Source of the DNA: Dudresnaya verticillata
Taxonomy: Eukaryota
Length of the DNA stretch: 64,000 bases
Reading direction: 5' to 3'
Assembly: GCA_977862235.1 (NCBI GenBank)
Contig: OZ374561.1
Span: 2,418,001-2,482,000 of the forward strand
Part shown: in pieces, positions 22,801-33,495 of the stretch
Layout: every line of letters starts with the position of its first letter
Numbering within the stretch: position 1 is the first letter of the stretch
The notes under the pieces: model-generated
Databases searched by the model: none
What the model saw: the letters and a program-made list of their open reading frames with translations, nothing else
Told to the model about the DNA's origin: nothing
Position numbers and translations under genes: made by a program

Positions 22801-25800
22801 ACTGGGGGACCTTGGACCCCGTCGAACCGCAGCTCTTGCTACGAGGCCCGGGGTCCCCCGACCGATCGAGCGAGGACGGCCACCCGTCCCCGCCAGTCCC
22901 GGATCGGCCGGAACCGGAAGCTGACACAAACCTCCTCCCAAGGAAGATTTTTACCTCGCCCTCTAGGGCTTCCTCGAGGACGCACTTTTGATGAATATTG
23001 TAAGGATCCCATATGCGCGCTGTCGCGATATAACTATAAAGTGGCAGCGTCCATTGGGACCTCTCTTGACGAACTCTCTCGTGTCCTTTCGGTCCTGGAT
23101 ACAGGGGCAGGCCCCAACCTCATACGAGCTGGTGCTCTTTCCTCGGAGGATCAAAAGAAGATCGCTTCTGGCCGGTCCATCGTGAATTTAACTTCCGCCT
23201 CACGGCACAAACTAACTACCTTAGGGACTATCTCCCTGTACGTTCGAATCGGAACCTACACGGTCCGACAACCTTTCATCGTCGTCCAAGCACTCGCCGT
23301 GGACGTGATCCTGGGTTGTACCTTCATCGACCACCATGTCGATAACTTAAGAATCAAGCGTCAGCGCGCCGTCTTGCGTGATGGGTCCATACACCCGATA
23401 TTACGCCGACGATGCGGACTTCCACGCGCCTCGCGCCCCGCGGAATCACAAGAGGTACCCACTGGTCCTCCCGAACCGCGACACCTGCGCGTGGCACATT
23501 CGGTTGTTATACCCGCGGCGTCAGAAGCCTGGGTCACGGTCACGTGCCCGGCGCGAGGTGTGCACTTCATGGATTCATTCCAGCGGCTCTACGACCGCCA
23601 GGGTCTGGTTGTCACAAATGGCATCATCGACGTGCAACCTAACCGGCCGTTCCGGGTCAAGGTCGCCAATTTCTCTAGAGGCCCGAAGCGGCTGGCCAAA
23701 CGCCAGAAGATTGGACACGCCATTCCGGCTCCGTCCACAACCCCCGTTTACGCTCTGTCCTTCGAGGACGACCCATCTGCTCCTCACGAACCCGAAGAGC
23801 CGTCGCTCGATGTGGGGGGGACAGGGCTGGCTGCTGCCTTTTCTCCGGATACGGATCCTAAACCAGGCATTAAGGCCTCGGTCGCCAACATGACGGTCGA
23901 AGACCTAAACCTTTCACATATGGAACCAAAAGATCCGCGTCGAGTACGCAAGATGCTCCGGCCATTCTCGGAAATGTGGAGTGGTAAACTCGGGACGATC
24001 AAAGTCACGGAGCACCGTATCGAGCTCAAACCAGGGACGAAGCCCGTCTTCTCACAACCCTATAGGGCAGGCCCCAAAGCCCGACAGGCTGAACAAGCGG
24101 AAGTAACCAAGATGTTGGAAGCAGGGGTCATACAACCCGCGCGGTCGGAATTCGCGAGCCCAGTCGTGCTGGTCAATAAGCCTGATGGCTCCTTACGCTT
24201 TTGCGTCGACTATCGAAAGCTTAATGCAGTAACGATCAAGGATTCTTATCCTTTGCCTCGTATGGACGAGTGTCTGGACTCCCTGGGAGATGCCCAATTC
24301 TTCACAACGCTTGATTGTAATTCTGGCTACTGGCAGATACCGGTCGCCAAGGAAGACCAGACGAAGACGGCGTTCACTTGTCACGCTGGATGCTTCCAAT
24401 TTTGCCGCATGCCCTTTGGGCTATGTAATGCACCAGCCACGTTCCAGCGAACGGTCGACATCCTCCTGTCTGGATTCAGATGGAAGTCGTGCTTGGTATA
24501 TCTGGATGATATCATCATCTTCTCCAAAAGCGTCAAAGAGCACCTTGCTCACGTAAAGGAAATCCTGGAGGTGCTCCAGAACGCTGGAGTATCGCTGAAG
24601 TTGAAGAACTGTAACTTCTTCGCGAAGAGCGTCGATTATCTGGGACACGTGGTCCGCCCTGGCCTCCTGGAGGTCGCCTCGAAGAACACACAAGCCATTG
24701 ACGGGTTCAAGGAACCAAAGACGCAAACGCAGCTACTCTCTTTCCTTGGCTTGTGCAACGTTTATAGACGGTTCGTGCCCAACTTTGCGAGAGTCGCTGC
24801 ACCGCTTAACGCATTACTGCAGAAGACAGTGATTTCAACCTCCCGACGTTCAACGAAGAACAAGGAGATTCCTTCTCGCTTCTGAAGAAAGCACTTGTGG
24901 CTCCGCCCATACTGCAACTACGGCAAGTGGGACGCCAATTATCAGTCGACACCGACGCGTGCGACTATCAAGTGGGCTGTGCCCTGATGCAGACCGATGA
25001 GAATGGTGATCGGCACCCTATTGGGTTCTGGAGCCGCTCGCTAACGAAAGCTGAGAAGAACTACTCAGTCGGAGAGAAAGAGTGTCTCGCCGTCGTATGG
25101 GCAGTACAGATATTGCGACCCTATTTGGAGCGGTCTCACTTCGATCTTTTCACGGATCTTCAAGCGTTACGCTGGATCATGAGTATGTCTGACGCGTCAG
25201 GACGCTTGGCGAGATGGAGGCTTCGCCTTTTGGAATATGACTTTACGGTCCAATACCGGACGGGGCTTAAGAACCAGATTGCCGACGCGGTGTCTCGCCT
25301 CCCTACATGGGGTCATACCCACAAGGAGCCTGATCTCGAGATACCTTGCTTCATAGTCGAAGAGGAAGACGGTCCAGTCCGAATGACTTCAGCGGAGTCA
25401 ATGGTGGTCACGGATAGACCCGCAAAAATCGAGCCCCTAGAGGCGTGGGACATCGAACCCCTCGAGGATTACAGTCACATGGACGAGATACTCATCGCCA
25501 CCGTGGCGGAGAAGCGAGCCGACGAGGGCAGCGTCTCACAAGTTACTGTAGAGGAGCTGCTCCGAGAGCAGAAACGAGACTCGTTCTGCCAAGACGTGCA
25601 GAAGCGCCTTGATATGGGGAGCCCCGGGTGTTACTTGGAAGACGAACGAGGGCTCCTCGCCCGCAAGGCTTACGTGGATGGAGCCATACAGGTTCTCATA
25701 CCCGCGACCCTTCGCGAAAAGGTGCTACATTTGGCCCATTATCCGGCCCTAGCTGGCCACCCAGGGGGAACCCGCATGTTTCACAACCTACGCCGGCAAG

Positions 25801-27165
25801 TGTATTGGCCAGATATGGCCTTGGCCGTCTACTCAACCGTTCGGAACTGCGTCCAGTGCGCGAAAGAAAGAGTCAAGCTCAGGAAGCATACTTCGTTTCT
25901 CAAGCTCTTCCCAGCCACGGCTCCCTTGGAGTTTGTCGGAATCGACATCTTAGGTCCATTGGCCAAGTCAAGGGAAATGAGTATTTACTCGTGATCACGG
26001 ATCGCTTCTCAAAGCTAACCCGGACTGTGCCGCTCAAGACGATTACGGCCTATACCGTCGCTAAGGCCTTCTGCGACCACTGAGTCTATGTATATGGACC
26101 TCCGCGGTATGTGCTATCGGACAATGGGTCCCAGTTTGCCTCGAAGTTCTTCATGAACATTTGCAGCATTCTGCGAGTGCGTAATCTATTTACGTCTACT
26201 TATCACCCACAAAGTAACGGCCAGACCGAACGCTTTAATCGCACCATTCTAGCCGGGCTAAGGCATTTCATCGCTGAGAATCAGCGTGACTGGGATGAGT
26301 TCTCTAACGCACTCACGTTTGCGTACAATACCACGGTGCACAAAGCCACGGGGCTATCCCCTTTCGGTCTGGTGATCTCGAATCCCCCGAACTCCCTGCT
26401 CCTGGAGCGATCCGAGACGGTGGAAGTTGCTAATGTCCCCGCGACTAATGTCAAGAAACGCTTATCAGAGCGATTGGAGCGATTAATGGACACCGCTCTC
26501 CCCCGTCTGAGGCTCGCGCAGAAGCGCTATCAAGCGGACTTCAACCGACGGGTGCGCCCTGCGAACAGGAATATTCGAGTTGGTAACTGGGTGTTCCTAG
26601 AGCGCGAGACTCGGGTGAAAGACGTGGATGGCGTGGATCGCGAAGGCAAACTGTTTCCTAAGGCGCTAGGCCCATGTAAGGTGGTGGATCGTGGCACGCA
26701 CGTTGTGGTCCTTGAAGTCAAGGGCGAACGAGAATCAGTCTCTCTAGACAGAGTGACGTTAGCGCCTTCGCCTGACGAGCCACTAGATGCCCGGGGCGAA
26801 GCCCCTACTATCATGGAGGCGAATCCGGCTACTGGGCCAGGCCCCATCGAAGGGGGAACCGTGCCATTGACCGCACTACAGCCGGGACAGGCGAGGCCCA
26901 CTAACGCCACTCCCCCCGCCGTTGAGAGCGAAAGCTCTGAGCAAGAGCCTGAGACTTCGCCAACGGAGCGCCGCTTCTCGCGCTATCAGCGCCCTACCCC
27001 GCGGGAGCACGTCTATGATCGGATCATGTCTATGACCCCGAGTCGGCACGTTATAAGATCCGCTGGCACCAACGCTCGGCCTCTGACGACACGTGGGAGC
27101 CAAGGGAGAACCTTCCTCACAACCTCGTGGCGAGGTACCATCGCAAACGGGGCATTCCCCTTTAA
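22801..27165 (+). pseudogene. pol: Gypsy pol: protease-RT-RNase H-integrase-chromodomain, with frameshifts and a stop
   Basis: Protease VLDTGA; RT RFCVDYRKLN, MPFGL, YLDD; RNase H DTDAC, EKECLA, IADAVSR; integrase HYPALAGH...CVQC, IDILGP, SDNG, QSNGQTER. A frameshifted chromodomain YKIRW...DDTWEPRENL ends TAA at 27163-65. Frameshifts at ~24830, ~25970, ~27028; TGA at 26081-83. Confidence 0.92.
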
Positions 27166-27914
27166 CTCGCGCACGCGACCTAGCTTCCCCTGTTGGGGCA
27201 GGAGCTGGCAAGCGCCTGGAGGTAGGCGGATTACCATCTCGGCCTCAACACCCCTTTTGGCTTCACGGCCTGATACAGTGCGAGGCGGCACCGTCCGATG
27301 CCACGGGCAGAGGTGTAAGCCAAAATAGCACAGTGCTGGCACTTGGTGCCGTTGGGCGTACTGTGGCCGCACAGCGAGAGGAGATATATCTCAAGTGGGA
27401 AAGGACACTGTCTAGCGACGGTATGATGCCGAATATTGTACGCGCACGTACGCCGAGCATCGTTTTGGAAACAACTGTCTCCATCCCCACTGTGAGGGGG
27501 AAGGCAGCAAGCTGCCTGCCTTAGAGGCTGGCCTCGACGCGACGATAGAAGGTGTTCTCGACCCGTCCGCCGCTATGCTTGGCATCCGAGGACAATGGCC
27601 CTCTCCTCCTCTCTTTGCCAAACGGCGCAGGTGTCATGGAGCGGAGGCTCCCTTCCTATGCCATGAGGCTGGAACAGGGCTGAGGCCCCTGGCCTATGGT
27701 ACAAACGTTTGCCAACGAGGCTAACTCGCGCACGACGCGCACTTTAACTCTAACACTAACCCAACCAGTGTTGGCGGCGGCCATTAGCTTGGCGAATTCC
27801 CCCGTCAACAGTGACTTTTATTCTTAACACATGCACAGACATTAACTTCTACGCGGCAAACCCACACTAACTTATTGGGCCAAACGCCCTAATGAGCAAC
27901 AGGAGGATGGGAGT

Positions 27915-30256
27915 CTACTCATCCTCCGTCAGGTCAACTACCTCGTCGTTGTCCCCATTAGCTGGACGCACGGCACCGACCGGGTGAACGATACGCCGCA
28001 CTTCGCGGATGATGCGACGCACTCGCGGCTGAGCAGGGTCCGTTTCCATAGGAGTTGGCTCCTCTTCGAGCTCTTCCTTAATGATGAGCTCGGTCTTAAT
28101 CAGGCCCCCGCCTTCTTCCTGCATGACTTGCGATCCCACATCGGGCGAAGCCCTGGCGCTGTCCACTGCTGCCGACTGGGCCACGAGTTGCACTAAGTCA
28201 GACTCGATCGGGCCAGGCCCGGACACCGCGTTGCCTTCAATAGGCAGCGCCGGCGGCGACTCACCCGTCGGCGAGGAAGACACCACCACTCCCCCAGGGG
28301 CCGAATTGGACGCTGGAGCAGGCGGCGCCGCAGGAGCATCCGGCTCGATCCTATCCTCAACCCTCTCGCTGGCCGGTGCCGTCGCTGTGCCGTTGTTGTT
28401 GGCTCTTGAGACGGGGTTGCCCCCAGGGCGACTTCCGTAGACGGAGGAAAGGACGCCATGGCCGCGTCGGTCTCGCGTTCATCGCGCCCCTCAGTAAGTG
28501 GGGCACTCCCTCCATTGCCAGGGATGGTGACGCCCTGAATTGCCAAGCCTTGCGCTATCTCCTCTTCCTGACGCGCTTGACGGCCGACTGAGCCGAGACC
28601 ATGACGAGTCCTAGCCCTGGTCCCGCTGTCAGCAGCGGGCGCAGAGACGGCCACTAGACCGGAGGGTTGTGGCGTAGCAGAAGTAACATCAGCTACAGCT
28701 GTGGTCGGATCCTCCCGCGCAACTGGCGCTTCTCGCTCAATCTTGGCGGACTCACCCAAACGGGGCAAGCCCCGGAAATGTTCCGACATCTTGTGGACGG
28801 GACCCGGAGTAGTCACCCATGCAGCCTCATAGTCTACCATTGCCGACTCCACCCAATCCGCCAGGGAGTTGACATTGAGATTCTGGATGCCCCAGTGCAT
28901 ATGAAGGCGCACCGCCAAACCGCGCTGACGGAAAACCTCCCGAATCGCGGCATCCGCTTTGCTTCGACCATGAATGACAAGCGGGGCATAAGGGCCCGGG
29001 GGCTGACCATCGGTCAAAGTATCGAACGGGGGCACGTCCGCTGGCGTCTTGGGCTCCTTCCAGTTGTTGCAGACCCACCCGGCGGTGAATCCAGAGCGCA
29101 GGCGCTGGCCTTCATCCGTCTCGATCGAACTAGCGTCCACTGGGACGGTTTTGAGCAGATCCTCCGGAATGTCGGGCACCCACGCATCAGGGTCGAAGTC
29201 GACCCAATCTCCCCGGTCAAACACCGGCGTGATGACTCCCGTATCCTCGGGCAAGAACCGATTACGCTTCGAGACCCGTCTCCACACGATGCGTTTAACG
29301 CAAAGAAGGAGCGAGTCCAAATCGACAACATCGTCGGCGTTCGCCGTAAATTCGGACGAACCTATCTCGCGGATGTCGTCGCGAATCTTCTGGTTGATGA
29401 AGAACAAGCGGCCCTTCCGTGCTTCGTACATGAATACCTGTGTAATGAGAACGATACGTTCGTGCCGATAGATCAGCCAAAGCAGGCTTCGGTCCACCGA
29501 GGACTGCATCAGTTCCAAACCCAGGTATGCCACGATCGTGGGAACACCCACAGGCATCGAATACGACACTTCATAGTACTCGTAATCCGGGGGCAGCTGA
29601 GGGTATTTGCTCGTGAACATCTCCGGCTTTATGGCCGTTACCTCCTGACCATGGAACGGGACTAAGCACCCGGTGCGATGGCGCTGTCGACGCTCAAACC
29701 GAGCGGCTTCGTGGGGAAGGGCCGTCTGCGGCATGTCCAAGTGATACTTGTAAGTGGTCCGATTATTCTGAAGGGTGATCCTGGTGGTATTATACGGGAA
29801 GTTGTCCCTACCAGCACGAATGAAAGGTCGAGGATGGCCAACAGCCCGAAGATCATACCCATCCGCGAGAGCTATCTCGTCCAGGACGAACTTCTGGTCA
29901 CCCATGAAACTGGCCATCTTCTCGACCCAGGGAACCTCCCAACGCCAGCGGGAGCGAGCCAGATCAAAGGGGAAAAGCCCCGGCGTCATGATCCGCAAGG
30001 TCATCATTGCGAGGTGGCTCACACGCGCCCGAATCAGCGCATTCCACGCTTTGGCTTCAGCCCGTGTCCCGCCAAGGCGGCGTATCTCGTCACGGCTCGC
30101 CCCAGCGAGGGGTTTCACGTGGGGGAGATCCGTTCGGACTCGCCAGTCGCGGCTAGCCGCAATGTCCGCTGGGACCCCCCCTGCCACGATGGCGACCGGC
30201 CCCACATTGTCCGACGACCCAGGTTGGCCATATTGAAAGTTTGAATTAACTGGCAT
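27915..30256 (-). CDS. Extra antisense ORF inside the Gypsy element (~780 aa if one frameshift near 28400 is repaired); unknown function
   Basis: 687-aa ORF 28193-30256 with ATG and a W/Y/F-rich globular core. It overlaps a second minus frame reading GNPVSRANNNGTATAPASERVEDRIEPD...IKTELIIKEELEEE...EVVDLTEDE* to 27915. Confidence 0.7.
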
Positions 30257-30833
30257 CGCCGTGCCAAGAGGTTACCCCTGAGGGTGCGATACCACTTGCA
30301 ACGGGCCTGGCCCGGAGGTCTTCTTCTGAAAACTGCCAAGTCGCTGGCCTGACCAGACGATCGGTCGTGGGGGATGATGTGCGTTGGGCGCGAGGATGTC
30401 CGCGTCGTGCGACCGTCGACTCGCGGTGGTGTTCCCTACGCGTGGGAGACGCACGTTGGCGAGGAAGACGCGCGCGCGGCGCTGGCACGCGGAGATTGCC
30501 GAAAGGGCTCACCGGCGGACGAAGTGTGGAAGGAAGGAGCTGCCCGTGCTCGAGGAAGGAGAACGACGAGGCCGCAATGAGAGCGCGGGTTGGGATGGGT
30601 GCCGGCGCAAAACACCTTGCGACGTCGCGGGTGCAGATCCTGATATCCGCTCGCTATTTTGGAGCGCTGGCTCAGAGTGCGGGACTTCTCGTCGACGGCG
30701 TCCCAGTCGCAACGTTACGCTGCACCGCAGTGCCAAGCCATGGCTTTGGCCCGACAAATCTGGCGGAACGCCAATGCAATTTGGAAACTGTGGCACCGAA
30801 ACGGCTCAGACCTCGCGGGGCTCTCGGTCTTAC

Positions 30834-30844
30834 GAGGGGGGCCG
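30834..30844 (+). promoter_or_regulatory. Polypurine tract (PPT)
   Basis: GAGGGGGG(CCG) immediately before the 3' LTR. Confidence 0.65.
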
Positions 30845-31422
30845 TGTGGCACAACGGCGATTTGCGCCAAGTGAGCGCTCGACGCTGTAAGGCGTAACTG
30901 GCATTGCTGGACTGCGCCATGATGCGACACGTGATTGGCGCCTGGCGCGAAATCATCTGCGCCTCAGACGCGCAATTGGCGCCTGATCATTGGTGCGGCG
31001 TTGGGATATTTCCCGATTATACGCCGCCACAGGGGCGTAGATCCGCCTCCCATTGCTCAATGTAATTCGTGTACAGTACACTGTAGTAGTTAGTATTAGC
31101 ACGGGCACAAGCCCTATTTATTGGTCCCCTGAATAGCAGGGCACCCCTGATTGAACCCCACGGGGAGTTTCTCGGTCTTGACCATTTTCTGGATTCCGGG
31201 CGCTTCCCGTTCCCGTTTTGGACGCCAACTACAGGCTCGTCACCGTACGGCAGGTTCCCTGCGGAATACCGGGTCGCGTCCCCCTTTTCCCCTTTCCTTT
31301 TTCCTGGCCTAGCGCCATTCTACCAAGCCTCTACCACACCCGAGCTACCTGTGAGCACGACGGTTCCGGACAGGTGTCCTTTGTTCTTTTTGCTCTTCCT
31401 GGGCTGGACCCGTTGTGCTACA
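30845..31422 (+). repeat. 3' LTR of Gypsy element (578 bp)
   Basis: Direct repeat of 18842-19441, followed by TSD ATTAC. Confidence 0.95.
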
Positions 31423-31995
31423 ATTACGTGGCGCGCGCAATTCTATAATTATCTAAAAATATCAACTGTCAGCCTAGCGGTAGTGCGGCTGAAAGGTGCG
31501 CGCCAAGGAGGCGCACGTGTGCACGTGTACGCGTTGTCGTGTTGCGGGGCCATCCTTGCTGGCAGAGGGCGCCGCGCGCTGTCAGGCCGGCGTCTTACAG
31601 AGGCATTTCCCCATTAGCATTGCTGGTGCGGGCGCGTGGTGCCAGAGCTCATTATAGAAATTGGCTCTGAGCTCAATCACCCGTACAGCGGTTGATCCGC
31701 ACGAACCGGCCGCGGTGAGTCCGTCGTCCGCGGTCGCGTGAGCCGCTGTTGGCGGCATTATGAAGAATTCTTCAACAGGGCGCGAAGGCGATTTGCGCCA
31801 CAGTAACCTGTAAGTCCACATGTACACACGTGTACACACGTGTATTCCACGTGTCATCCACGGGTACAGCGATGAGACAGCTGTCCTGATTAAGGGACAG
31901 TCTGTCCCGCGAAAAGGAAGGCGCTCCTGTAAGCCCTTCTGCTGACAGCGTCCATACTGCCACACGAAGATCCGGAAGGTGGGCGGGAGGGAGGG

Positions 31996-32146
31996 GGAAA
32001 CAGGAACCGGCGAGAACAAAGGCATAGCGGGGCGACGGTGCCGGCGCGAGCGTTGCGCGCCGGGCTAAGTCGCTGCGCCTTCCCCGGTGGCCACGTGTCA
32101 GCCGTGTCCGATTTCATCACAAAAAACCTTCCGGTCTTCAGTAGGA
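31996..32146 (-). repeat. 3' copy of the 151-bp direct repeat of the YR retrotransposon
   Basis: GGAAACAGGAACCGGCGAGAAC...CCGGTCTTCAGTAGGA matches 36257-36407 (offset 4261) with about 4 substitutions. Confidence 0.92.
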
Positions 32147-32237
32147 AGAAAATCCCAGACTGACGTCAGGCGGAGAGGGGGAACCCCGCGAGCGACTCGA
32201 TGCGCATCGAGCCGGAATGGCCTGTTCTCCTCGTTCC

Positions 32238-33334
32238 TTACCGTGCCGCCTCAAAGAACCACCGAGATGTATCTGACAGCGCGATGCGCCTGTCAAAGTA
32301 GACCGAAAGCATCCCCTGAGAGGCGTGGGCCCAATCATACAGAGTAAGTAGCTCCACGACAGAGCCGCCCAAAAGGATGCGCTCGGTCAACGAGCCAAGG
32401 CGCATACTGTGCGATGAAAGGATGCGCTCGGTCAACGAGCCAAGGCGCATACTGTGCGATGAATAGCAGCATCCCTGCGGTGCCGATATCAGCTCATCTG
32501 TCAGCAGGACCTTCAGCCGCGCATTGACCCAACCAGCACCAGCAGTCCTCGGCGGAAACAGAAACTCATTCGCCGACCCACGCATACCAATATATTTCAC
32601 CACCACAGCAAGTGGCGTACGGGAACTTACAGGGACACTGTCCGGCACAGAGTAGACGCGCGGGCCCCGCCTGGCCGCCTCAGCAGACGTTCGACCCTTC
32701 AGGGTCGTAATTAACACCTCACAGCGGCGGTAGGAAAGTTCACGTACGTCCTCCATCTTGATACGCATCACGCTTGACTCCCGCAGACCAAATAGAAAGG
32801 CGAAGACCACCATAGCGAAATCCCGCACGCATATCAAGCTAGCACCGTCCCTCATGCCCCTCTCCCACAGTTGTCGAACAGCACCTGCTCCCATCCCAAC
32901 TCGCACATCATGAAGAAGAAAGCGGTCACTCTCCCAGTTGCGGTAGGCCTTCAAAACATGCTGCAGAGGGGGGTACTGTGTTGGGGAGGGGGCAATGGGA
33001 GTCCCAGTTTCCCGTACATGGTCCTCACGGCAGAGAGATACTGAGGGAGTAAGCGGCTGGAAACCTTGCGTTTGCCCGCCATACGTTGCTCAGACAGCCA
33101 ACCCACAAAACACACCATATCCAATCCAGTTGCTAGCCCTTGGCGGCCAGCGTCCTCCCAGTAGTCACAAAACGCTCTCCACTCGGTGGCCCGAGCCCCT
33201 GCGGTCCACGCTGCTTCCCCGTGATCTGCCATCAATTGCGCCGCCTGGCTCTCCCCGACCCTTCCGCCTATTTGCGCCGATTGTGCAGCCGCAACGGCAC
33301 TGCGGACGTCTTGTGCGGTAACGCGCTTGCTCAT
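32238..33334 (-). pseudogene. Tyrosine recombinase of the DIRS-like element (frameshift ~32955)
   Basis: Core-binding region EWRAFCDYW...LPQYLSAV. Catalytic RDFAMVVFAFLFGLRESS, LKG, HSMR (duplicated), DW and VYF. Confidence 0.85.
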
Positions 33335-33495
33335 AACGGCGAAAAGAGCTTCAGGGACCTGTTGCCCTAGGACAGCTGTCGGCACTGATTCCGAAACGTC
33401 ACGCCCAGCATCAGGCGTGCCCAGACCAATGACCCGGGTCGGCGTTCCTAGTCCCGGAGCGGCTGCACCGGGGAGTGCAGGACTCCCGCTGATCC

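Larger units (their letters stand above)
18842..31422 (+). mobile_element. Full-length Ty3/Gypsy LTR retrotransposon (chromovirus), 12,581 bp, coding regions disrupted
   Basis: Two LTRs, TSD ATTAC (18837-18841 and 31423-31427), PBS and PPT. Domain order gag-PR-RT-RH-IN-chromodomain. Confidence 0.95.
18444..31802 (-). mobile_element. Solo LTR B (~773 bp; pieces 18444-18841 and 31428-31802), inserted in LTR A and interrupted by the Gypsy element
   Basis: Ends TGTGGTGCAATC...GATTTGCGCCACA. 5-bp TSD GTAAC at 18439-18443 and 31803-31807. Shares a GGTAGC...TGGTAGAG block with LTR A, which suggests the orientation. Confidence 0.75.
17774..31964 (-). mobile_element. Solo LTR A (~827 bp; pieces 17774-18443 and 31808-31964), split by nested insertions
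   Basis: Ends TGTAGCAGTATG...CATACTGCCACA (imperfect inverted termini). 5-bp TSD CGAAG at 17769-17773 and 31965-31969. Blocks similar to the reverse complement of the Gypsy LTR, e.g. GCGACCCGGTGTTTCGTAGAG vs GCGACCCGGTATTCCGCAGAG, and TGGTAGAGGCTTG. Confidence 0.8.

Noticed and set aside
20032..27165. Many stops and frameshifts despite near-identical LTRs, as a sign of targeted mutation (RIP-like)
   Set aside because: About 8 LTR differences in 578 bp is roughly compatible with a few nonsense changes over the coding region, and indels may be sequencing errors; no clear excess.
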